Positions 23,673 to 32,359 of a stretch of DNA of 32,359 nucleotides are shown piece after piece. Made by a program: the position numbers and the translations under genes. Source of the stretch: Chiloscyllium plagiosum (taxonomy: Eukaryota). The stretch covers positions 1,832,139 to 1,864,497 of the forward strand of contig NC_057719.1 of assembly GCF_004010195.1 (NCBI RefSeq), in the 5' to 3' direction. The notes under the pieces were generated by a model. It made no database searches. It had not been told where the DNA came from and was given only the letters and a program-made list of their open reading frames with translations. The stretch's first letter is position 1. Each line of letters begins with the position of its first letter.

Positions 23673-23988
23673 TTTAGATTAGATTTGATTCCCTACAGTG
23701 TGGAAACAGGCCCTTCGCCCCAACCAGTCCACACCTGACCCTCCAAAGAGTAACCCACCCAGACCCATTTCCCTCTGACTAGTGCATCTAACACTACGGG
23801 CAATTTCCCATGGCCAATTCACCTGACCTGCACATCTTTGGACAGTGGGAGGAAACCGGAGCACCCGGAGGAAACCCACGCAGACAATGTGCAAACTCCA
23901 CACAGTCAGTCGCCCGAGGCTGGAATCGAACCTGGCACCCTGGTGCTGTGAGGCTGCAGTGCTAACCACTGAACCACCGTGCCGCCCC
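23673..23988 (-). mobile_element. HE1-type V-SINE
   Basis: Complete head (gggcggcacggtggttcagtggttagc on minus strand), V-domain, ttagattagatt tail. Confidence 0.92.
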
Positions 23989-24029
23989 ATTTAGTCCCAT
24001 TCATTAATAACCAAATAGGTTTTCTTGTC

Positions 24030-24184
24030 CTCCAGTTGACTGCCTTGTCTGTCCATTCAGACAGGTGTGGCAGATCCCACAATGCAAAGGACCTGGGACC
24101 AATATGTATCCCAAAACAAACATCACTAAAATACACAGTCTGCTTATTATCACATGGCTATTTATGGGAGCTTGCTGTACAAAG
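24030..24184 (+). mobile_element. DeuSINE-like fragment
   Basis: ccaatatgtatccc..aacatcactaaaa..attatcacatggctatttatgggagcttgctgt matches the recalled Deu-domain. Confidence 0.6.
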
Positions 24185-24189
24185 AAATA

Positions 24190-24435
24190 TACCAGGCCTC
24201 GGCCAATCAACCCTTCCAGGCTGCTCCACCATTCAGATTAATCATGGTGGATCTCATTACACTCTCTGCATCACTTCCAACCTGCCCCTTAATCACACAT
24301 CAGTCAAAGATCTCTCTAACCCAGCCGCAAATTAACATGATGACCCAGCTCCCAGTCACTTCTGGGGAAGAGAATTCCAGAGAGTCTCCAAGAGAAGAAA
24401 AAGATCTGACTTCCATCTCAAAGGCACTGACCTTC
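24190..24435 (-). mobile_element. Old CR1 3' fragment
   Basis: ggccaatcaacccttccaggctgctccaccattca and ctggggaagagaattccaga motifs, similar to 20815-21173. Confidence 0.65.
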
Positions 24436-24469
24436 AAACAGCACCCAGCTATTGTCATCACACATTTGC

Positions 24470-24962
24470 CATAGTTCCACCCTAACCTGCACATCCCTGA
24501 ACACTATGGCCAATTTCCCATAGCCAATCCACCCTAACCTGCACATCCCTGAACACTATGGCCAATTTCCCATGGCCAATCCAGCCTAACCTGCACATCC
24601 CTGAACACTATTGCCAATTTCCCATGGCCAATCCACCCTAACCTGCACATCCCTGAACACTATGGCCAATTTCCCATGGCCAATCCACCCTAACCTGCAC
24701 ATCCCTGGACACCATGGCCAATTTCCCATGGCCAGTCCACCCTAACTTGCACATCCCTGAACACTATGGCCAATTTTCCGTGGCCAATCCACCCTAACCT
24801 GCACATCCTTGAACACTATGGCCAATTTCCCGTGGCCAATCCACCCTAACCTGCACATCCCTGAACACTATGGCCAATTTTCCGTGGCCAATCCACCCTA
24901 ACCTGCACATCCCTGAATACTATGGCCAATTTCCCATGTCCAATCCATCCTAACCTGCACAT
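24470..24962. repeat. 52-bp tandem repeat, about 9.5 copies, derived from SINE body
   Basis: Unit ccctgaacactatggccaatttcccatggccaatccaccctaacctgcacat; the taacctgcacat anchor recurs every 52 nt from 24483 to 24951. Confidence 0.97.
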
Positions 24963-25106
24963 CTTTGGATTGTGAGAGGAAACCAGAGCACCTGGAGGAA
25001 ACCCATGCAGACACAGGGAGAATGTGCAAACTCCACACAGAGCCAAGAATGGAACTGAACCTGGTCCCTGGCGCTATGAGGCAGTAGAGCTGACCACTGA
25101 GACACA
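24470..25106 (-). mobile_element. HE1-type V-SINE with internal tandem amplification and no LINE tail
   Basis: Head and V-domain at 24963-25106 run directly into the 52-bp array. Confidence 0.85.
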
Positions 25107-25339
25107 TTTCATTTTTCTAAATGCCAATGAATATTGGTCTAATCTGGTTAGCCTTTCTGTACAAGATGAGCCCTTTATCCCAAGAAAGAGTCAAATGATC
25201 AAAATAAAAATAACTTTTTAATTCCAAATAATGAGACAAATCTGTATACACTTATCAAAGTCCCTGTACAGCTGTAGGTTAAATCTCCCTATGCTTATAT
25301 TCCAATTCCCTTGCAATACATTTTATTTACCTTCCTATC

Positions 25340-26325
25340 ACTTTTTATTTACTTGTGGAATGTGGGTATCACATGCTGAGCCTGCATTTATGATTAGATT
25401 AGATTCCCCTCTGTGTGGAAACAGGCCCTTCAACCCAACCAGTCCACACCCCCGACCCTCCAAAGAGCAACCCACCCAGACCCATTCCCTACATTTACCC
25501 CTGCAACTAACACTACGGGCAATTTCCCATGGCTAACTCACTTAATCTGCACATTTTTGGACTGTGGGAGGAAACCGGAGCACCCCCGGAGGAAATCCAC
25601 ACAGACATGGGGAGAATGTGCAAACTCCACATAGACAGTTGCCCGAGGCGGGAATTGAACCCGGGTCTCTGGTGCTGTGAGGCAGCAGTGCTAACCACTG
25701 CGTCACCCATCTTACCTTTGAGAACGTGGGGTCAATCAAGTGGTTGCTTTGTCCTGGATGATGTCAAGCTTCTCAAGTGTTGTTGAAGCTGCCCCCACCC
25801 AGGCAAGTGGGGAGTATTCCATCCCACTCCTGACTTGTGCCTTGGAGATGGTGGACAGATCTTGTTGAGTCAGGAGGTGATTGTTCACCGCAGTATTCCC
25901 AGCCTCTGACCTGATCTTTATGTGACATGTTCAGTTGAGTTTCTGGTCAATGGTAACCTCCAGGACATTGATAGTTAGAGATTCAGTGATGGTAACACCA
26001 TTGAATGTCAAGGGGTGATGATTAAATTGTTTCTTATTGGAGATGGACATTGCCTGGCATTTGTGTGGTGTGAATGTTACTTGCCACTTGTCAGCCCAAG
26101 TCTGGAGATTGTCCAGATCGTATTGCATTTGGACATGGACTGCTTCAGTATCTGAGGAGTTGCGAATTGTGCTGAACACTGTGCTGTCATCAGTGAACAT
26201 TCCTACTTCTGACCTTATGATGGAGGGAAGGTCATTGATGAAGCAGCTGAAGATGGCTGGGCCTAGGACACTACCCTGAGGGACTCCTGCAGAGATGTCC
26301 GGGAGCTGAGATGACTGACTCTCCA
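25340..26325 (-). mobile_element. CR1-group (Zenon/L2-like) LINE fragment
   Basis: [38 protein letters not shown]; 3' tail at 25340-25390 is separated by a SINE and an internal deletion. Confidence 0.85.
25392..25708 (-). mobile_element. HE1-type V-SINE
   Basis: gattagattagatt tail, V-domain, B box on minus strand. Confidence 0.92.
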
Positions 26326-26329
26326 TGAC

Positions 26330-26490
26330 CATCTTACTGTACTGTTTATTAACTATCTGTGGCTCAGCCCCCATAACTAACTGCCATGTTTCTTGCAGCA
26401 GTGACTACAATTCAGAAAGTCAGTCATTGATTGTAAAGCTGACTGGAACATTGTGAAGTGGTGAGCAGTGAGATCAAAACGTTGCCCCTT
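26330..26490 (+). mobile_element. DeuSINE-like 3' fragment
   Basis: ctgccatgtttc..cagtgactacaattcagaaagt..tcattgattgtaaagc resembles the recalled DeuSINE 3' part. Confidence 0.5.
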
Positions 26491-27231
26491 TCACTCTGAG
26501 AGAAGCTGCCTCCTCATTAGTCCTGTCACATTAATAACCCTAGACGTGGTGAAATCCCAATAGAGTGGCATTGACAAGAGCTGCTGACAGGGTGGGTGCA
26601 GGGAAGGATATTTCCTCACAGAATCACTCCAACAAAGGGTTCATTACAAATATTGATCCATAAAATTCCTGCTTGAAGACTAACACCAGGCAGAATAAAG
26701 AAAATAAAAGGACAGTTTCAGACTTTCCCAATCAGTGGATGACAGTGACAGTAATGTAAACATGAGTCAATCAAAGCTCAGCCGCTGGAAACTCTTTCGT
26801 TCCCAGTCTTTGAGTCTCATTTCCTGTGTGAGTTCTCTTATTATCCTGGGAGACCCCTGTTCCTCTGGACTGCTCACCACATGTCCTTCATCATAAATAA
26901 CTGACACCTTGCCTTTGACGCTGTCAAATATCTGCAGCTCATAGTGAAACCTTCAGTTTTACACTGAAACCTCCTCGAGATCTCTCCACCCACACGCCTA
27001 CCAGCACTTCTGCTCTTCCCTTTGGTTTCTCTTGAGGAATCCCTGTGGCTGCTTTACCAAACACCAGGAGACACGTTGACCATGAGCTGGGTTAAAGTGG
27101 CAGAGACCAGTCGATAGGATTCAGGACAACAGGAGATTTCAGTCCCATCAATATCGCCACCGACAAGACTGGCTTTCCTGTCAGTTAATGATCGGCCGTA
27201 TCCTACTGTGGTTTTTCCCAATCCTTCCCCA

Positions 27232-29549
27232 CCTGATGTAATATGCCTGATGTTAATGTCAGTGAGATACACTTGATGTTATTGTCAGTGAGATATGCCT
27301 GATGTTAATGTCAGTGAGATACACTTGATGTTATTGTCAGTGAGATATGCCTAATGTTATTGTTTGTGAGATGAGCCTGATCTTATTGTCAGTGAGATAT
27401 GCCTGACATCATTGTGAGTGAGGTATGCCTGATGGAATTGTCAGTGAGATACACCTGATGTTATTGTCAGTGAGATATGACTGATGTTATTGTTAGTGAG
27501 ATATGCCTGATCTTATTGTCACTGAGATATGGCTGATCTCATTGCGAGTGAGGTATGCCTGACGTTAAGGTCAGTGAGATACACCTGATGTTATTGTCAG
27601 GGAGATACACCTGATGTTACTGTCAGTGAGATATGCCTGATGATATTGTCAATGAGATACGCCTGATGGTATTATCAGTGAGTTATGTCTGATGTTATTG
27701 TCAGTGAGTTATGTCTGATGTTATTGTCAGTGAGATATGGCTGATGTTATTGTCAGTGAGGTATGCCTGATATTATTGTCAGTGAGGTGTGTCTGATGTT
27801 ATTGTCAGGGAGGTATGCCTGATGTCATTGTCAGTGAGATATGGTTGACGTTATTGTCAGTGACATACGTCTGATGTTATTTTCAGTGAGATTTGCTTGA
27901 CGTCATTGTGAGTGAGATATGCCTGATGTTATTGTCAGTGAGATATGCCTGATGTTATTGTCAGTGAGATATGCCAGATGTTATTGTCAATGAGATACGG
28001 CTGATCTTATTGTCAGTGAGTTATGTCTGATGTTATTGTCAGTGAGATATGCCTGATGTTATTGTCAGTGAGATATGACTGAAGGAATTGTCACTATGGG
28101 ATGTCTGATGTTATTGTCATTGATGTGTGCCTGATGTTATTGTCAGTGAGATACGCCTGATGTTATTGTCAGTCAGATATGCCTGATGGTATTGTCAGTG
28201 AGGTATGCCTGATGTTATTGTCAGTGAGGTATGTCTGATGTCATTGTCAGTGAGATATGGTTGACGTTATTGACAGTGACATACATCTGATGTTATTTTC
28301 AGTGAGATTTGCTTGACAGCATTTTGAGTGGTTATGCCTGACGTTATGGTCAGTGAGATATGCCTGATGTTATTGTCAGTGAGATACACCTGATGTTACT
28401 GTCAGTGAGATATGCCTGATCTCATTGTCTGCGAGATATGCCTGATGTTATTGTCTGCGAGATATGCCTGATGTTATTGTCAGTGAGATATGCCTGATGT
28501 TATTGCCAGTGAGATATGCCTGATGTTATTGCCAGTGAGATATGCCTGATGTTATTGTCAGTGAGATATGCCTGATGTTCTTGTCAGTGAGATACCCCTA
28601 ATGTTATTGTCAGTGAGATACAGCTGATATTATTGTCAGTGAGATATGCCTAATGTTATTGTTGGTGAGATATGCCTGATTTATTGTCACTGAGATATGG
28701 CTGATCTCATTGTCAGTGAGGTATGCCTGATGTTATTGCCAGTGAGGTATGCCTGATGGAATTGTCAGTGAGATATTGTTGACGTTATTGACAGTGATAT
28801 ACGTCTAATGTTATTTTCAGTGAGATTTGCTTGACGTCATTGTGACTGAGTTATGCCTGACGTTATGGTCAGTGAGATATGCCTGATGTTATTGTCAGGG
28901 AGATATACCTGATATTACTGTCACTGAGATATGCCTGATGTTATTGTCAATGAGATACACCTGATCTTATTGTCAGTGAGATATGTCTGATGTTATTGTC
29001 AGTGAGGTATGCCTGATCTTATTGTCAGTGAGATATGTCTGATGTTATTGTCAGTGAGGTATGACTGATGTTATTGTCAGTGAGGTATGCCTGATGTTAA
29101 TGTCAGTGAGGTATGCCTGGTGTTAATGTCAATGAGATACACCTGATCTTATTGTCAGTGAGATATGTCTGATGTTATTGTCAGTGAGATATGCCTGATG
29201 TTATTGTCAGTGAGGTATGCCTGGTGTTAATGTCAGTGAGATACAGCTGTTATTATTGTAAGTGAGATATGCCTAATGTTATTGTTTGTGAGATTAGCCT
29301 GATCTTATTGTCAGTGAGATATGCCTGGTGCATTTTCAGTGAGATCTGCCTGACATCATTGTGAGTGAGGTATGCCTGATGTGATTGTTAGTGAGATACG
29401 CCTGATGGAATTGTCAGTGAGATATGCCTGCTGTTATTGTCAGTGAGGTATGCCTGATGTTATTGTCAGTGAGATATGCCTGATGGTATTGTCAGTGAGG
29501 TATGTCTGATGTTATTGTCAGTGAGATACACATGATATTAATGTCAGTG
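27232..29549. repeat. 26-bp tandem satellite, about 89 visible units, continuing into a gap
   Basis: Consensus CCTGATGTTATTGTCAGTGAGATATG, head-to-tail with no spacers. Confidence 0.98.
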
Positions 29550-30069
29550 NNNNNNNNNNNNNNNNNNNNNNNNNNNNNNNNNNNNNNNNNNNNNNNNNNN
29601 NNNNNNNNNNNNNNNNNNNNNNNNNNNNNNNNNNNNNNNNNNNNNNNNNNNNNNNNNNNNNNNNNNNNNNNNNNNNNNNNNNNNNNNNNNNNNNNNNNNN
29701 NNNNNNNNNNNNNNNNNNNNNNNNNNNNNNNNNNNNNNNNNNNNNNNNNNNNNNNNNNNNNNNNNNNNNNNNNNNNNNNNNNNNNNNNNNNNNNNNNNNN
29801 NNNNNNNNNNNNNNNNNNNNNNNNNNNNNNNNNNNNNNNNNNNNNNNNNNNNNNNNNNNNNNNNNNNNNNNNNNNNNNNNNNNNNNNNNNNNNNNNNNNN
29901 NNNNNNNNNNNNNNNNNNNNNNNNNNNNNNNNNNNNNNNNNNNNNNNNNNNNNNNNNNNNNNNNNNNNNNNNNNNNNNNNNNNNNNNNNNNNNNNNNNNN
30001 NNNNNNNNNNNNNNNNNNNNNNNNNNNNNNNNNNNNNNNNNNNNNNNNNTACAATATACACAGGGACTG

Positions 30070-30760
30070 CAGGGCAGACACCATCCCCCTGGCCCTACAC
30101 CATCCCTGGAACATCGGGGTAACAAGGATACCTACGTCAGGCTCCTACGTATTGGTTTCAGTTCTGCCATCAACACCATAATTCCAAACAAACCCGTCTC
30201 TAAACCCTGAGACCTCGGTCTCGGGTCCCCCCCCGTCTGTAACTGGATCCTCGACTTCCTGCCCCATAGATCACAATCAGTAAGAACAGACAGCAACACC
30301 TCCTCCAAAATAACCCTCCACACCTGCGTCCCGCAAGGCTGTGACTCAGATCCCTACTATACTCCCCATACACTCAGACTGTGTGGCCAAATTCTGTCCT
30401 CACTCCATTTACAAGTTTGTCGATGACACCACCATTGTAGCTTTGACAAAGGGTCAATTAGACTCGAAACGTCAGCTCTTTTCTCTCCTTACAGATGCTG
30501 CCAGACCTGCTGAGATTTTCCAGCATTTTCTCTTTCGCTTTCAGATTCCAGCATCCACAGTAATTTGCTTTTAATCTTTCCATCAATGTCAACAAAACAA
30601 AGGAGCTGGTCATTGGCTTCAGGAAGCAGCGTGGAGGACACACCCCTGTCTGTATCGATGAGGCTGTGGTCAAGAACATCAATTTCCTGAGGGTGATGAT
30701 CACCAGCGATCTGTCCTGGTCCATCCATGTCGATGCAACATCAAGAAAGCACATCAACAT
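30070..30760 (+). mobile_element. Rex1/Babar-type LINE RT fragment
   Basis: [69 protein letters not shown]. Confidence 0.85.
30439..30573 (+). mobile_element. Penelope-like short fragment with hammerhead (C3U, G8A)
   Basis: AGCT-TTGACAA-A-GGGTC-aatta-GACTC-GAAA-CGTC-AGCT with 4-bp stem I; inserted in the Rex1 RT. Confidence 0.75.
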
Positions 30761-30835
30761 TGCCTGAGGCGGGAATTGAACCCAGGTCCCTGGCGTTGTG
30801 AGGCAGCAGTGCTAACCACTGAGCCACCGTGCTCC
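30761..30835 (-). mobile_element. HE1-type SINE head only
   Basis: Minus strand has A box TGGCTCAGTGG and B box GGTTCAATTCC; no body. Confidence 0.85.
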
Positions 30836-30919
30836 CAGAAGGGGTTTTTCCTGACAACCAACAATGGTTTCACGGGCATCAGTAGATTCTTAAGTTCAGA
30901 ATTTTTTTAATTGGAATTC

Positions 30920-31165
30920 GGGGCGACTCAATGGCACAGTGGTTAGCACTGCTACCTCAGAGCGCCATGTGACAGCCTCAGGCGACTGTCTGTGTGGAGT
31001 TTGCACATTCTCCCCATGTCTGCGTGGGTTTCCTCCGGGTGCTCCGGTATCCTCCCACATTCCAAAATGCTAAGTTGCCCGTAGTGTTAGGTGAAGGGGT
31101 AAATGTAGGGGAATGGGTCTGGGTGGGTTGCTCTTCGGAGGGTCGGTGTGGACTTGTTGGGCCGA
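30920..31165 (+). mobile_element. HE1-type V-SINE lacking B box, tail cut by CR1
   Basis: A box TGGCACAGTGG, V-domain, ends at ttgttgggccga. Confidence 0.88.
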
Positions 31166-32359
31166 TTGGTTGTTGGAGGTTCCTGGTTACAGATGTTTCA
31201 GTAGGATTAGGGAGGGTGGTAAAAAAGGAGGGGGGGAGGTGGCGTTGCTAATTAGAAATGGTATAACAGCTGCAGAAAGGCAGTACGAGGGGGATCTGCC
31301 TTTGGAGGTAGTATGGGCTGAAGTCAGAAATAGGAAAGGTGCAGTCACCTTGTTGGGTGTTTACTATAGGCCCCCCAATAGCAGCAGAGATGTGGAGAAA
31401 CAGATTGGGAAACAGATTTTGGAAAGGTGCAGAAGCCACAAGGTAGTAGTCATGGGCGACTTCAACTTCCCAAATATTGATTGGAAACTCTTTAGATCAA
31501 GTAGATTGGATGGGGCAGTGTTTGCACAGTGTGTCCAGGAAGCTTTTCTAACACAGTATGTAGATTGTCCAACCAGAGGGGAGGCCATATTGGATTTGGT
31601 ACTCGGTAATGAACCGGGACAAGTGGTGGACTTGTTAGTGGGTGAACATTTTGGTGATGGTGACCACAATTCTGTGACTTTCACCTTGGTTATGGAGAGA
31701 GATAGGTGCGCACAACAAGGTAGATTTTATAATTGGGGGAAGGGAAATTACGATGCTGTAAGGCAGGATTTGAGGAGCATACGTGGGGAGCATAGGCTGT
31801 CAGGGAAGGATGTGGAGGAAATGTGGAACTTTTTCAAAGAGCAGATACGACGTGTCCATGATATGTATGTACCTATCAGGCAGGAAAGAAATGGTCGTGT
31901 GAGGGAACCTTGGTTGACAAGGGAGGTTGAATGTCTTATAAAGAGGAAGAAGGAGGCTTACATAAGGTTGAGGAAACAGGATTCAGACAGAGCAGTGGAG
32001 GGATACAGGATAGCCAGAAGGGACCTGAAGAAAGGGATAAGGAGAGCTAAGAGAGGGCATGAAAAATCGTTGGCAGATAGGATCAAGGATAACCCCAAGG
32101 CATTTTATGCGTATGTGAGAAACCTGAGAATGACGAGAACGAGGGTAGGTCCGAACAAGGACAGTAGTGGGAGACTGTGTATTGAGTCGGAAGAGATAGG
32201 AGAGGTCTTGAATGAGTACTTTTCTTCAGTATTTACGAACGAGAGGGACCGTATTGTAGAAGAGGAGAGTGTGAAATGGACTGGTAAGCTAGAAGAGATA
32301 CCTGTTAGGAAGGAAGATGTGTTGGACATTTTGAACAACCTGAGGATAGACAAGTCCCC
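31166..32359 (+). mobile_element. Young 5'-truncated CR1 LINE; ORF2 open to the window end
   Basis: Manual translation from 31167 gives 397 codons without a stop: YYRPPNS, VMGDFNFPNIDW, LDLVL, GDHNSV, EPWLT, NPKAFYAYV, LNEYFSSVFT, IDKS. Confidence 0.93.

Noticed and set aside
27060..27240. Possible further exon before the satellite
   Set aside because: No convincing acceptor and donor pair in phase with the 23420 exon; frames are short.
27232..29549. CRISPR-like array (short repeats with a dyad)
   Set aside because: Units are contiguous with no unique spacers, there are no cas genes, and the context is vertebrate.
24470..29549. 52-bp unit being a dimer of the 26-bp satellite unit
   Set aside because: The sequences are unrelated; the 2x length is coincidental.
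8407..30125. Long ORFs in the track made mostly of X
   Set aside because: Artefacts of N gaps.

Overview
Eukaryotic, repeat-saturated DNA with five assembly gaps. The repeat content (HE1-type V-SINEs with (TAGAT)n tails, many CR1 LINEs, Penelope-like fragments, DeuSINE remnants, a Rex1/Babar LINE) points to a cartilaginous fish, probably a shark; this is inference. Most of the window looks intronic. Two phase-compatible + strand exon candidates (12062-12102, and 23263-23420 with a GC donor) join into an unidentified 66-residue peptide. The rest is nested retroelements, including an old CR1 spread over about 8 kb, solo LTRs, two long CR1 copies with SGNH-esterase ORF1, and a CR1 ORF2 open for 397 codons at the right edge. 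Points of most interest: (i) five same-strand minimal hammerhead-ribozyme motifs in Penelope-like fragments, one with an intact core about 240 nt upstream of the second exon; (ii) a CR1 5'UTR in which a splice donor pairs with its own complement next to a 24-bp palindrome; (iii) a 52-bp tandem array grown inside a SINE; (iv) a 26-bp satellite with higher-order structure. There is no prokaryotic or CRISPR system, and nothing here is demonstrated to be a new system. Family names come from recall, not database searches, and element boundaries are approximate unless a TSD is given.
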